A stretch of 64,000 bases of DNA from an uncultured delta proteobacterium (GTDB taxonomy: Bacteria; Myxococcota_A; Polyangia; Polyangiales; Polyangiaceae). The position numbers and the translations under genes are program-made. Below the pieces are notes generated by a model. That model was not told the DNA's origin. It was given only the letters and a program-made list of their open reading frames with translations, and did not search any database. Shown here one piece after another: positions 1-9,110 of the stretch. Where the stretch lies: positions 192,001-256,000 of the forward strand of contig CAWKKR010000001.1 of the NCBI GenBank assembly GCA_963850305.1, in the 5' to 3' direction. The stretch's first letter is position 1. Each line of letters begins with the position of its first letter.

Positions 1-338
1 ACGAGCGGGGCGGCGATCTTCCGGACGCGCTCGCTGTTGGGATACGTCTCGAGTGCCAGCTCCGACAGGGTCGCGGCGCGGTCGATGTTGCCTGCCTTCT
101 GGCGCGCCTCGATCGCGAGTTCGAGCACCTTCTCGTTCGGGGCATGCCCATCGGCGCCTTCGAAATACTCCGCCGCCTCCTCGTAACTGCCGCTCTTGTA
201 GGCCTCGCGACCGTGGTTGAAATCGGACTCGGCTGCCTTGATTTCGTCCGCAGAGCGAACGCCGCCGTCAGCCAGAGCAACGTCCGGGCGAAATGACGCG
301 ACGAGCGCCGCGACAGCAAGCAACCGTCGATGTTTCAA
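1..338 (-). CDS. Partial (runs off window edge) secreted TPR-like protein, not in the ORF track
   Basis: My translation from TTG at 338: LKHRRLLAVAALVASFRPDVALA-DGGVRSADEIKAAESDFNHGREAYKSGSYEEAAEYFEGADGHAP...; signal-peptide-like N-terminus then TPR-type helix pattern; open to position 1. Confidence 0.7.
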   Translation of the reverse strand, partial: MKHRRLLAVAALVASFRPDVALADGGVRSADEIKAAESDFNHGREAYKSGSYEEAAEYFEGADGHAPNEKVLELAIEARQKAGNIDRAATLSELALETYPNSERVRKIAAPL

Positions 339-530
339 GCCGTTCCCCAAATCCGCACCTTGGCGACTCAAACCTGGTTTCGTTTTTTTCCCGCCGGGAC
401 CCCGGGCAGGGCGAATTCAGTGTATCGGCAACGCGAACCATCGGCCACGCCATTGAACGTGTTGCGCGCGTCCCTCACGCACCACCCACATCTACCTACA
501 TGATCACCGAGCGCGCCCGGGCACACGAAC

Positions 531-1889
531 TCATCTCATCTCGAGAAGGAGTCGCTGGGGCTCTTCCAAGTACGCAATGACCTCCCGCGCGAACGCGGCG
601 CCAACATGGCCGTCGATGATCCGGTGATCGAACGAGAGACTAAGAAGCATCACATCCCCGATGATGATTTGCTCTCCCCGTACCACGGGCCGACGCTTGA
701 TTTGGTGCACGCCGAGGATCGCGACTTCCGGGTAATTGATCACCGGGGTGGCGAAGAGCCCCCCATCCCGTCCGAGAGAGGTGATCGTGAACGACGAGCC
801 TCCCAGATCTTCGCGTCGACTCTTGCCCGCTCGCGCTTCCTCGCTCAAGCGCTCGATCTCTTTCGCCAACTCCACGATGCTCAGGCGGTCCGCGCCTCTG
901 ACCACCGGAACCGTCAGGCCAGATTCCGTCGCGACGGCGATGCCGATGTCATAGGTCCCACGCAGGATCATCTCCATCGCGGCGTCGTCAACCAGACAGT
1001 TTAGCGACGGATGACGACGCAGCGACGCGACGACCGCCTTCACGATGAACGGCAGGTATGTCACCGAGACGCCGAGCTTGCCTGCCTGTGCCTTCGTCCC
1101 GTCGCGGAGCTCCTTTAAAGCGCTCGCGTCGCACTCGTCCACGTAGGTGAAGTGGGCCGCGGTGCGCGTCGCGCGGGCCATGTTCTCGTAGATGCGCTTA
1201 CGGAGGCCACGAATGGGAACTCGCTTCTCGTTCTCTCCCGGAGCAACGGGTTCGACCCGCTCGAACGACGGCTGCGGCGCAATCGTGTGCGCGGTGTGAG
1301 ATGTCGCCGCGCGCGGGGCTTCGGCGCTGGTCGTCGGCCCCCGCCTGCCGTTCGAGATGTGGCGCTCCACGTCGTCGCGCGTCACGCGCCCTCCCTCACC
1401 CGTCGGTCGCACGCGGCGAAGGTCCAGCCCTTGTTCACGAGCGAACTTGCGGGTCGCGGGCGACGCGAGCGGCTTCTCGCTCATGTATTCGTCCGCGATG
1501 ATCCGCGGGGCGCGCGGAAGCCCGGGCAAGACGTCTTTCAGGTCCCCCACGGCGGACGCGACGGCCCCCTGGTGGGGGGGCGGCGCCTGTGCGGGACGCG
1601 ACGCCGGATGAGACGGCGGTCTCGGCGCACCCGCGGGGACCGACTCTCCATCCACGTCCAGCACGACGAGGATCGAACCCACGGGAACCACATCCCCTTC
1701 GCCTCCCCGGATCTCCACGACCTTTCCGGGCTTGGGCGCGCCGATAGTGACCGTCGCCTTGTCGGTCATCACTTCGACCATGTCCTGACTCTCGATCACC
1801 GCGTCGCCTACGTGAACGAGCCAGGTCACGATCTCGCCCTCGGTCACGCCTTCGCCGATATCGGGCAGCTTGAACTCGAATCGAGACAT
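531..1889 (-). CDS. Dihydrolipoamide acyltransferase E2 of a 2-oxoacid dehydrogenase complex
   Basis: Single lipoyl domain (LPDIGEG, VEVMTDKA), peripheral subunit-binding domain (LASPATRKFARE), catalytic DHRIIDG. Confidence 0.95.
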   Translation of the reverse strand: MSRFEFKLPDIGEGVTEGEIVTWLVHVGDAVIESQDMVEVMTDKATVTIGAPKPGKVVEIRGGEGDVVPVGSILVVLDVDGESVPAGAPRPPSHPASRPAQAPPPHQGAVASAVGDLKDVLPGLPRAPRIIADEYMSEKPLASPATRKFAREQGLDLRRVRPTGEGGRVTRDDVERHISNGRRGPTTSAEAPRAATSHTAHTIAPQPSFERVEPVAPGENEKRVPIRGLRKRIYENMARATRTAAHFTYVDECDASALKELRDGTKAQAGKLGVSVTYLPFIVKAVVASLRRHPSLNCLVDDAAMEMILRGTYDIGIAVATESGLTVPVVRGADRLSIVELAKEIERLSEEARAGKSRREDLGGSSFTITSLGRDGGLFATPVINYPEVAILGVHQIKRRPVVRGEQIIIGDVMLLSLSFDHRIIDGHVGAAFAREVIAYLEEPQRLLLEMR

Positions 1890-1905
1890 GATCGAAATTC
1901 CTCCG

Positions 1906-2880
1906 TCAGCTCCGCGCGGCCTGGAGAATCGCCGGCACGATCCGGTGCGAGAGCGGCAAATATTCGAGTTCGAGCGTATATGGGAAGGGGGTATCGAAGC
2001 CGGTCACGCGAATGGGCGCCGACTCGAGGTGGTAGAAAGCCTTCTCGCAGACGAGGGAGACGAGCTCCGCCCCGAGCCCGCAGGTGCGCGGCGCCTCGTG
2101 AACGACGACCAGCCGCCCCGTCTTTCGAACGCTCGAAAGGATCGTCTCGATGTCGACGGGCCACAGGGTGCGCAGATCGATGACTTCCGCTTCGACCCCG
2201 GTTTCCGCGGCCTTCGTGGCGGCGTCGAGCGCCTCGTAGAGCATCGCACCGTACGCGAGCACGGTGACCTGCGAGCCTTCGCGCGCGATCGACGCCGACC
2301 CGATGGGCACGGTGAAGTCGTCCTCCGGTACGAGGCCTTTCGCGGCGCGATAGATGCGCTTCGGTTCGAAGAAGATGATTGGATCGGGGTCGCGCAGCGC
2401 GGACAGGAGAAGCCCCTTCGCGTCGTACGGGTTCGAAGGGCATACGACCTTCAACCCCGGCACGTGTATGAACGACGCTTCCGGATGCTGCGAATGATAA
2501 TGCCCTCCCTTGATCCCGCCGCCGACTGGCGTGCGGATCACCATCTTCGCGGGATACTCACCGCCCGAGCGGTACCGAAGCTTGGCCAGCTCGTTCACGA
2601 TCTGGTCGTAGGCGGGCCAGATGAAATCCGAAAACTGGATCTCGGGCACGGGGAGCAAACCATAGAGCGCCATGCCTATTGCACAGCCGACGATCCCGCC
2701 CTCGCTCAGCGGGGTGTCGATCACGCGATCTTCCCCGAACTCGTCGAACAGACCCTGCGTGACACGGAAGACGCCGCCCACCCTGCCGACGTCCTCGCCG
2801 AGAACCACGATGCGGTCGTCGCGCCGCATCTCCAGCCGGAGCGCGTCGTTGATGGCCTGGACCATGTTCATCTGCGGCAT
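1906..2880 (-). CDS. 2-oxoacid dehydrogenase E1 beta subunit, probably branched-chain type
   Basis: GEDVGxxGGVFRVT, DTPLSE, EIQFSDF; GGGIKGGHYHSQ resembles the branched-chain enzymes. Confidence 0.92.
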   Translation of the reverse strand: MPQMNMVQAINDALRLEMRRDDRIVVLGEDVGRVGGVFRVTQGLFDEFGEDRVIDTPLSEGGIVGCAIGMALYGLLPVPEIQFSDFIWPAYDQIVNELAKLRYRSGGEYPAKMVIRTPVGGGIKGGHYHSQHPEASFIHVPGLKVVCPSNPYDAKGLLLSALRDPDPIIFFEPKRIYRAAKGLVPEDDFTVPIGSASIAREGSQVTVLAYGAMLYEALDAATKAAETGVEAEVIDLRTLWPVDIETILSSVRKTGRLVVVHEAPRTCGLGAELVSLVCEKAFYHLESAPIRVTGFDTPFPYTLELEYLPLSHRIVPAILQAARS

Positions 2881-2904
2881 AGGTTCGAATCTCCGGTCGT
2901 CACT

Positions 2905-4059
2905 TCAACCGTGCTCGGTCGCCCGAGGGCCCGAAATCAGCTCGTCACGTTCCTCCGCGAGGTGCCACGGCGGAACGGCGTACACGTCTTCGAACATCGT
3001 CTCGAGCGCGGGTTTGGGAGTCTTTTCTGCGATTTCCACGGCCGCCTTGAAGCGCTTCTCGATGTCGGAAATCATGGCGCGCTCCCGCTCGTCATCGAGA
3101 GCGCCTCGCTTCACGAGATACCGACGAACCCGCTCGATCGGATCGCGACTCGCCCAGGGCTCGAGGGCATCGGAGCCACGATATGCGTTCGGATCGTCGC
3201 TGGTCGAATGGCCGCCCATGCGATACGTCAGCGCCTCGATCAGGGTTGGGCCTTCGCCGCGAGCGCCGCGCAAGATCGCCTGTCTGACCGCGTGAACGAC
3301 GGCGAAGACGTCGTTTCCGTCGACACGGACGCTGGGAACGCCGTACGCGACGCCCTTGATCGCGAAAGTCTCGGACGCCGTCTGCCGCTCCGCAGGGACG
3401 CTGATCGCCCACCCGTTGTTCCGGCAGAAGAAGACGACCGGAATCTTGAACACGCCCGCAAAGTTCATCCCGGAATGAAAATCGGCGGAGCTCGTCGCGC
3501 CGTCCCCGAAGTAAACCAGGCTCGCGAGGTTCTTCTTCTTGAGCTTCCCGGCCCAGGCAAAACCGACGGCCTGGGTGATCTGCGTCCCGACGGGCGAACT
3601 GATCGAGAGCCAGTGGGATGCGCGACACGTGTAGTGGTCGGGCATCTGGCGACCTTTCACGGTGTCGTTCGCGTTCCCGAACATGTTGTCGATGAACCGC
3701 TGGAAATCCAGACCCCGGTAGAGCGCTGCTCCAAATTCCCGGTAGCAAGGGAACAACCAATCTTCCGGCCGCGTCGCGAACGCCGAGCCTATGATGGCCC
3801 CCTCTTCGCCGAGCGAGCCGACGTGGAACCCGATGCGGCCCTGGCGCTGGAGCGCCGTCAGACGCTCGTCGAGGTATCGCGTCTCCACCATGTGCCGGAA
3901 GAGCGTCCGCACGTCGTCGTCCGACAGACGAGGATCGAACTCCGGAGCTAGAGTGCCGTCCTCCGCGAGGACGCGGACGACACGAGCAGGACCGGATCCG
4001 ACTGCGGGATCCTGGGAGAGCGGCGAATCGATTCCGTCCATGCGTCGAGGCGTCCCCAT
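2905..4059 (-). CDS. 2-oxoacid dehydrogenase E1 alpha subunit (TPP-dependent), probably branched-chain type
   Basis: LQRQGRIGF, KGRQMPDHY, SSPVGTQI, TPP motif GDGATS...NN, YRMGGHSTSDD. Confidence 0.92.
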   Translation of the reverse strand: MGTPRRMDGIDSPLSQDPAVGSGPARVVRVLAEDGTLAPEFDPRLSDDDVRTLFRHMVETRYLDERLTALQRQGRIGFHVGSLGEEGAIIGSAFATRPEDWLFPCYREFGAALYRGLDFQRFIDNMFGNANDTVKGRQMPDHYTCRASHWLSISSPVGTQITQAVGFAWAGKLKKKNLASLVYFGDGATSSADFHSGMNFAGVFKIPVVFFCRNNGWAISVPAERQTASETFAIKGVAYGVPSVRVDGNDVFAVVHAVRQAILRGARGEGPTLIEALTYRMGGHSTSDDPNAYRGSDALEPWASRDPIERVRRYLVKRGALDDERERAMISDIEKRFKAAVEIAEKTPKPALETMFEDVYAVPPWHLAEERDELISGPRATEHG

Positions 4060-4153
4060 GAATGGGTGCGCGAGCCTACCTCAGCGTTCCGGATCCGGCG
4101 ATAAATCTCCGGCAATTCCTGCCCATGCGCCCGGCGACTGCCGGGAGGACCGG

Positions 4154-4726
4154 TCACTCCGCGAGCGCGCGCTCCGCCTCCGCGATGGCGCGATCCACCG
4201 CGCTGCCATCGAGCCTAAATTCGGTTGCCAGGCCGTCCAGCACGCCCCGTTCCACCTCGCTCACTCCCTGCGATACCTGGGCAATGAGTGCCGCGACGCG
4301 TAGGACCTCGTGCGCCTGTTCGGGCCGGGTAATCGTCTTCGCAACCATCCGGACCCTCTTTTCGGGTCCGTCTTCCTGCCGCAAATCGCCGAGGTCGGCG
4401 AGAAGCGCCTGGAGCTGGACCGCCGAGACATTGCCGTCGCAGGCGGCCAGTACGACGTGCTCGAATGCTGCACGTTCGTCCGCATCGAACTCCCCGTCGG
4501 CGGTGGCGACCAGATATGCGCTCTCCACGACTGCCTCGAACAACGCCGCCGCGTGGGGATCGAAGCCCGTCGGCTGCGTGAGTTCCTCATGCGTGTCGGT
4601 GGCCCGATAGCCGGCTCCCGCGGCCGCCAAGATCGACGCCACGGAGCCCTCGGCGAGCGCGACGGGCTGCCGCAGCTTGCGAGCGACCTTGTCGAGAATA
4701 TCTCGCGGGGGAATGGTGTCGACCAT
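4154..4726 (-). CDS. TerB-family (tellurite resistance-like) protein
   Basis: AYLVATADGEFDADER and IAQVSQGVSEVERGVL...F repeats typical of the TerB fold. Confidence 0.8.
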   Translation of the reverse strand: MVDTIPPRDILDKVARKLRQPVALAEGSVASILAAAGAGYRATDTHEELTQPTGFDPHAAALFEAVVESAYLVATADGEFDADERAAFEHVVLAACDGNVSAVQLQALLADLGDLRQEDGPEKRVRMVAKTITRPEQAHEVLRVAALIAQVSQGVSEVERGVLDGLATEFRLDGSAVDRAIAEAERALAE

Positions 4727-4743
4727 CTGAGAAACCGGCGGGA

Positions 4744-4752
4744 ATCATATCA
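4744..4752 (-). promoter_or_regulatory. Extended -10 promoter element (TG-A-TATGAT) for the terB-like gene, overlapping the lipA stop
   Basis: Minus strand reads TGATATGAT, 17 nt upstream of the ATG at 4726. Confidence 0.5.
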
Positions 4753-5733
4753 GAGTCCGCGGCCGCGGACGAGCGACGCGGGACTGATGAGCCGCGGTTC
4801 ACTGGGCGCCGACCGGGACGGGGGGGCCGCGCTCGCCCCCCGTTCGCCGGACCCGCCGCGCACACGAGCGGCAATGAACCCCTCGGCGGCGTGGTAACTC
4901 GACCGGACCAGCGGGCCAGATGCAACGAATGAAAAACCCATCTCCATCCCGGCCTGCTCGTAGGCGGAAAACCTCGCCGGCTCGACGAAGCGCGCGACGG
5001 GGGCGTGCTTCGGCGTCGGGCGCAGATATTGCCCGAGCGTGACAACGTCCACGGAGGCCTCGCGGAGGTCGCGCAGGGTCTCGACCACCTCGTCGTCCGT
5101 TTCTCCGACGCCGACCATGATGGAGCTCTTGGTGAGCCGTTCGGGCGCGCGCTCCTTCACGTGACGGAGCACATCGAGCGAGCGATCGTACGAGCATCGC
5201 GCATCGCGAATGACCGGAGTCAGGCGCCTCGGAACCTCGACGTTGTGCGCGAACACTTCCGGCCCGCCCTCCACCACGACATCCACGTCCCTGTGACGTC
5301 CTGCAAAATCGCCGACCAGGGTTTCGACGAGCAGCTCCGGCTTCCGTTCGCGGAGGGCCGTCACCGTTCGCGCGACGTGCGCGGCTCCACCGTCGAGCAA
5401 ATCGTCGCGATCGACCATCGTGAGCACGACGTAGCGCAAGTCCAGCGACGCGATCGCGCGCGCCACGTGCTCGGGCTCTCGCGGATCGACCGCGCCGCGC
5501 GGATTGCCGGTCGTGACCGCGCAAAACCGACACCCGCGCGTGCACGTGTGCCCGAGCAGCATCACCGTCGCCGTGCCCGACGACCAGCACTCTGCGACGT
5601 TCGGACAGCGCGCCTCTTCACACACCGTGTAGAGATCGAGCCCGCGCAGGGTCTCCTTGAGCTTCGTGTACGCTGCGCCGCCGGGCGCGCGCACCTTGAG
5701 CCACTCGGGCTTCCTCGGTTGAACCGTCGTCAC
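4750..5733 (-). CDS. lipA: Lipoyl synthase
   Basis: RKPEWLKV, CEEARCPNVAEC, radical-SAM CTRGCRFC, C-terminal RSSYHA. Start set at GTG 5733 to avoid overlap with mtnA. Confidence 0.95.
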   Translation of the reverse strand: MTTVQPRKPEWLKVRAPGGAAYTKLKETLRGLDLYTVCEEARCPNVAECWSSGTATVMLLGHTCTRGCRFCAVTTGNPRGAVDPREPEHVARAIASLDLRYVVLTMVDRDDLLDGGAAHVARTVTALRERKPELLVETLVGDFAGRHRDVDVVVEGGPEVFAHNVEVPRRLTPVIRDARCSYDRSLDVLRHVKERAPERLTKSSIMVGVGETDDEVVETLRDLREASVDVVTLGQYLRPTPKHAPVARFVEPARFSAYEQAGMEMGFSFVASGPLVRSSYHAAEGFIAARVRGGSGERGASAAPPSRSAPSEPRLISPASLVRGRGL

Positions 5734-5743
5734 GCGGGCTACT

Positions 5744-6790
5744 CTACGACGCGACGGGCGAAAGAGCCGAGAGCGCATTCGCGGACACTGGCTCGACCAC
5801 GCCGCGCTCGGTGAAAATGGCCGTAACGAGCCGAGCCGGGGTGACGTCGAAGGACGGATTTCGGGCCGTGACCCCGGCCGGCACGAGCTGCCGGTCGCCG
5901 AAGTGAGTCAGCTCGCGCGAATCGCGTTCCTCGATGACAACCCGTTCGCCCGATGGGCAGCGGAGGTCGACCGTCGACCACGGAGCTGCCACGTACAGCG
6001 GGCGGGCGTGCATATGAGAAAGACACGCGACTCCGTACGTGCCGATCTTGTTGACCACGTCCCCGTTCGCTGCAATCCGATCCGCCCCGACGACGGCCAA
6101 GGATATCTCGCCACGTCGAAAGAAGTGCCCGGCGGCGCCGTCCGCGATCACCTCGACCGGTATGTCCAGCTTGTGCAACTCCCACGCCGTGAGGCGGGCG
6201 CCCTGGAGGTACGGTCGCGTCTCGTCCGCCAGGACCCGGATGCGCTTGCCGGCCTCGTGCGCTGCCCGGATCACGCCGAGCGCGGTGCCGTAGCCACCGG
6301 TGGCGAGCCCGCCGGCGTTGCAATGCGTCAGGATGACCGCACCGTCCGGAACTCGCGTCGCGCCGGATCTGCCCATCTCGCGGCACGCCTCGACGTCCTC
6401 GCGATGGAGGGTTCGCGCCTCGGCGGCCAGGAACTCCGTGACATCGCTCTTCGGCACCGACCGCGCGGCCCGAAGCATGCGCTCCACGGCCCACTCGAGG
6501 TTGACCGCGGTGGGCCTCGTCGCACGGAGCAGCGCCCCGGCTCTGTCGAGGTCCGCGCCGCGACGTGAGGCGAGCACCAACCCATAAGCCGCGCTGATGC
6601 CAATCGCAGGAGCGCCGCGCACGATCATGTCGCGAATGCCGCGCGCGACGTCGTCCACGGTCTCGAGCCTGTGATAGCGCTCGAGCAAGGGGAGCTCGCG
6701 CTGGTCGAGCATCACGACAGCGTCGTTGGCCGGCAAGAGCTCGACGGCCGAATAGTTCGCGCAGCTCAGCGGATCGGGATGCGGGAGCAT
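5744..6790 (-). CDS. mtnA: S-methyl-5-thioribose-1-phosphate isomerase
   Basis: [56 protein letters not shown]. Confidence 0.95.
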   Translation of the reverse strand: MLPHPDPLSCANYSAVELLPANDAVVMLDQRELPLLERYHRLETVDDVARGIRDMIVRGAPAIGISAAYGLVLASRRGADLDRAGALLRATRPTAVNLEWAVERMLRAARSVPKSDVTEFLAAEARTLHREDVEACREMGRSGATRVPDGAVILTHCNAGGLATGGYGTALGVIRAAHEAGKRIRVLADETRPYLQGARLTAWELHKLDIPVEVIADGAAGHFFRRGEISLAVVGADRIAANGDVVNKIGTYGVACLSHMHARPLYVAAPWSTVDLRCPSGERVVIEERDSRELTHFGDRQLVPAGVTARNPSFDVTPARLVTAIFTERGVVEPVSANALSALSPVAS

Positions 6791-6830
6791 GGTCTCCGTA
6801 CAGCCCGGCGATCCGGGCCGCTCTGATCGC

Positions 6831-8267
6831 TCAGGACTCCGAGGTCTGAAGGATATGCTCCATCATCTCGCTGACCAATTTGGGATTCGCGGAACCCTTG
6901 GTGGCCTTCATCGCCTGACCGACGAAGTAACCGAGCAGCCCCTTTTTCCCGCTCGATACTCGGCGGCCTGCCGCGCGTTGGCCGCGACGATACCCTCGCA
7001 GATCGGGCGAAGCGCGCCTTCGTCCGAAACGACACGCATCCCGAGGCGTTCGACGATCGCGCTCGGCATGTCGGGCTTGCCGACCATGATCGCGTGGATC
7101 TCCTTCGCCTGCTTGCCGCTGATCGCGCCCCTCTCGACCAGCGACAGGAGTTCCGCGACTTGCGAGGGCGACACCGGAAACGTCACCACGAGACCGTGCA
7201 CCTTCGTGTCGCGCAGGACCTCCGTTTGGATCCAGTTTGCCGCCTTCACGGCATGCGGAAAAGCCGCCACGGTGTCCTCGAAGAAACGAACGTATGCGGG
7301 GTGCTGCGTCAGCGTAGCGGCCGTCGCGGCGGGGAGCCCGCGCTCGGTCGTCCACGCGCGGCGAAGCTCCGACGGCAGCGCCGGCATCGCACTTCGTTCT
7401 TCGGCGACGAGCGCTGACGGAATGACGAGCGGGGGCAGGTCGGGGTCGGGGAAATATCGATAGTCGTGCGCGTCCTCCTTCGACCGGAGGGGGCTCGTCT
7501 TTCCCGTCTGCGGATCGAAACTGCGGGTCTCCTGGACGATGCGGCCCCCCGAATCCAGGACGGCCGTCTGCCGCGCCACCTCCACGTCGATGGCCTTCTG
7601 CACGAAGCGGAAGCTGTTCAGGTTCTTGAGCTCGGTTCGGGTACCGAGTTCGCTGCTCCGGGCGGGTCTTATCGACACGTTGGCGTCGCAGCGAAAACTC
7701 CCTTCCTCCAGATTTCCGTCGTTGACGCCGGCGAAGACGAGGATGTCCCGGAGGGCTCGCAGGTACGCAGCTGCCTCCTCGCTCGAACGCAGATCCGGCT
7801 CGCTGACGATCTCGACGAGGGGCACGCCCGCGCGGTTCAAGTCGACGATCGAGTCTCCCCCGACGCCGTGGACGCTCTTGCCTGCGTCCTCCTCTATGTG
7901 CGCGCGCCGAATGCGTACACGTCGCTTCTCGCCGTCGAACTCGACGTCCAGATGTCCATTTTCCGGAAAATGGTTCCTCGAACTGCGAGATCTGATAACC
8001 CTTGGGTAAATCCGGGTAGAAGTACTGCTTCCTCGCGAAGATGCTCCGCTCGGACACGGCGCATCCGAGCGCGAGTGCCACGCGAACCGCGAGGCGTACC
8101 GCCGTCTCGTTCGTCGCGGGGAGCGCGCCGGGAAGCCCGAGACACGTCGGACAAATATTCGTGTTTGCGTCCCCGCCGAAACGGGCGCTACAGCCACAGA
8201 ACAGCTTGGTCGTGGTCAGAAGCTGCGCGTGCACCTCGAGCCCGATGACCGTCTCGTACGTAGTCAC
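6831..8267 (-). CDS. gatB: Asp/Glu-tRNA amidotransferase subunit B, with two compensating frameshifts
   Basis: N-terminus ([24 protein letters not shown]) and C-terminus ([13 protein letters not shown]) lie in the 6831..8267 frame; the middle ([27 protein letters not shown]) lies in the 6908..8197 frame; shifts near 7965 and 6945. Confidence 0.92.
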   Translation of the reverse strand: MTTYETVIGLEVHAQLLTTTKLFCGCSARFGGDANTNICPTCLGLPGALPATNETAVRLAVRVALALGCAVSERSIFARKQYFYPDLPKGYQISQFEEPFSGKWTSGRRVRRREATCTHSARAHRGGRRQERPRRRGRLDRRLEPRGRAPRRDRQRAGSAFERGGSCVPASPPGHPRLRRRQRRKSGGREFSLRRQRVDKTRPEQRTRYPNRAQEPEQLPLRAEGHRRGGGAADGRPGFGGPHRPGDPQFRSADGKDEPPPVEGGRARLSIFPRPRPAPARHSVSARRRRTKCDAGAAVGASPRVDDRARAPRRDGRYADAAPRIRSFLRGHRGGFSACREGGKLDPNGGPARHEGARSRGDVSGVALASRGTPVAGREGRDQRQAGEGDPRDHGRQARHAERDRRTPRDACRFGRRRASPDLRGYRRGQRAAGRRVSSGKKGLLGYFVGQAMKATKGSANPKLVSEMMEHILQTSES

Positions 8268-8321
8268 AGGCTCATCCTATCATCCCCCGCGATCCTCCAC
8301 TCAGCGCCATGCCTCTACAAG

Positions 8322-8449
8322 GATCGATGGCTCGATTGCGAAGACCGCGTCGCCCGGATCGGCGAGTGAGCCCCGCAGCCGTACGAACGTACGGCGAGGA
8401 GCGAGAGCGCCGAGACGGGGGCGTGCTCGAAGCAAGCGAGCCATCGATC
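8322..8449. repeat. 128-bp intergenic element bounded by 18-bp inverted repeats (REP/MITE-like or structured RNA)
   Basis: GATCGATGGCTCGATTGC (8322-8339) matches the reverse complement of GCAAGCGAGCCATCGATC (8432-8449) at 17/18; internal hairpins GCCGTACG-AA-CGTACGGC and TCGCC-cggatc-GGCGA. Confidence 0.7.
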
Positions 8450-9098
8450 AATGGTGATCGCGATCGATGCCTGGGTAAGACCGGTCGCCCGGCTCGTGAC
8501 GCGGATTCGCCGAGACCTGCGACCCGTCTCTCCCGGCAAAGCTCATGAGCAGATCCTTCTCGAAGATGAATTGCTCACGCGAATCGTAGGGCGCGGCGTG
8601 AACGCCGGTGTCCATGCGGATCGCGTCACAGGGACACGCCTCCACACAGAACCCGCAGAACACGCAGCGGAGCTCGTCGATCACGAACCGCACCGGGTAA
8701 CGCTCGTAACCTCTCCGTTCATCGCCGGCCGGATATTCACCGGGCTCGATGAAGATGCATTGCGCGGGACACGCCGTCGAACAGCAGAGACACGCGACGC
8801 ATCGAGGTGAGCCGTCCTCGCGATGCGTCAACCGGTGGACGCCGCGGAACCGCTCCGGATACGGGCGACGTTGCTCCGGGTAGGAGATGGTGTTGATGCC
8901 GTCGCTGATGCCATCGAGCACCGGGTCGTTGCGCTGACCGAGCACCATCTCCTTCGCATTCCGAAAGAAGTGCGACATCGTGATGCCGAGCCCGCGCGCG
9001 ATCTCGGGAACGTAGCTCTGAACCCCCGGTCCGCGCTTGGGACGCAGAATGGGTTTCCCGACGACTCTCTTCGGTCCCAAAGCCTTGGCTTCACTCAT
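8448..9098 (-). CDS. nuoI: NADH-quinone oxidoreductase subunit I
   Basis: TISYPEQ...RFRG; two ferredoxin motifs CVACLCCSTACP and CVFCGFCVEACP. Confidence 0.93.
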   Translation of the reverse strand: MSEAKALGPKRVVGKPILRPKRGPGVQSYVPEIARGLGITMSHFFRNAKEMVLGQRNDPVLDGISDGINTISYPEQRRPYPERFRGVHRLTHREDGSPRCVACLCCSTACPAQCIFIEPGEYPAGDERRGYERYPVRFVIDELRCVFCGFCVEACPCDAIRMDTGVHAAPYDSREQFIFEKDLLMSFAGRDGSQVSANPRHEPGDRSYPGIDRDHH

Positions 9099-9110
9099 CG
9101 CAAGATTCCT

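Noticed and set aside
384..410. GC hairpin next to a T-run
   Set aside because: The T-run precedes the stem on + and becomes an A-run after it on -, so it is not an intrinsic terminator in either direction.
1870..3951. 693-aa plus-strand ORF and other long shadow ORFs (8823..10739, 28784..31585, 34955..37321, 59657..61249)
   Set aside because: They are antisense or off-frame to clearly recognisable genes, low-information, and expected from stop-codon scarcity at high GC.
6940..7970. Programmed ribosomal frameshifting in gatB, nuoD, moxR or yhaN
   Set aside because: No consistent slippery heptamer or stimulator; mixed +1/-1 events in unrelated genes fit assembly error better.
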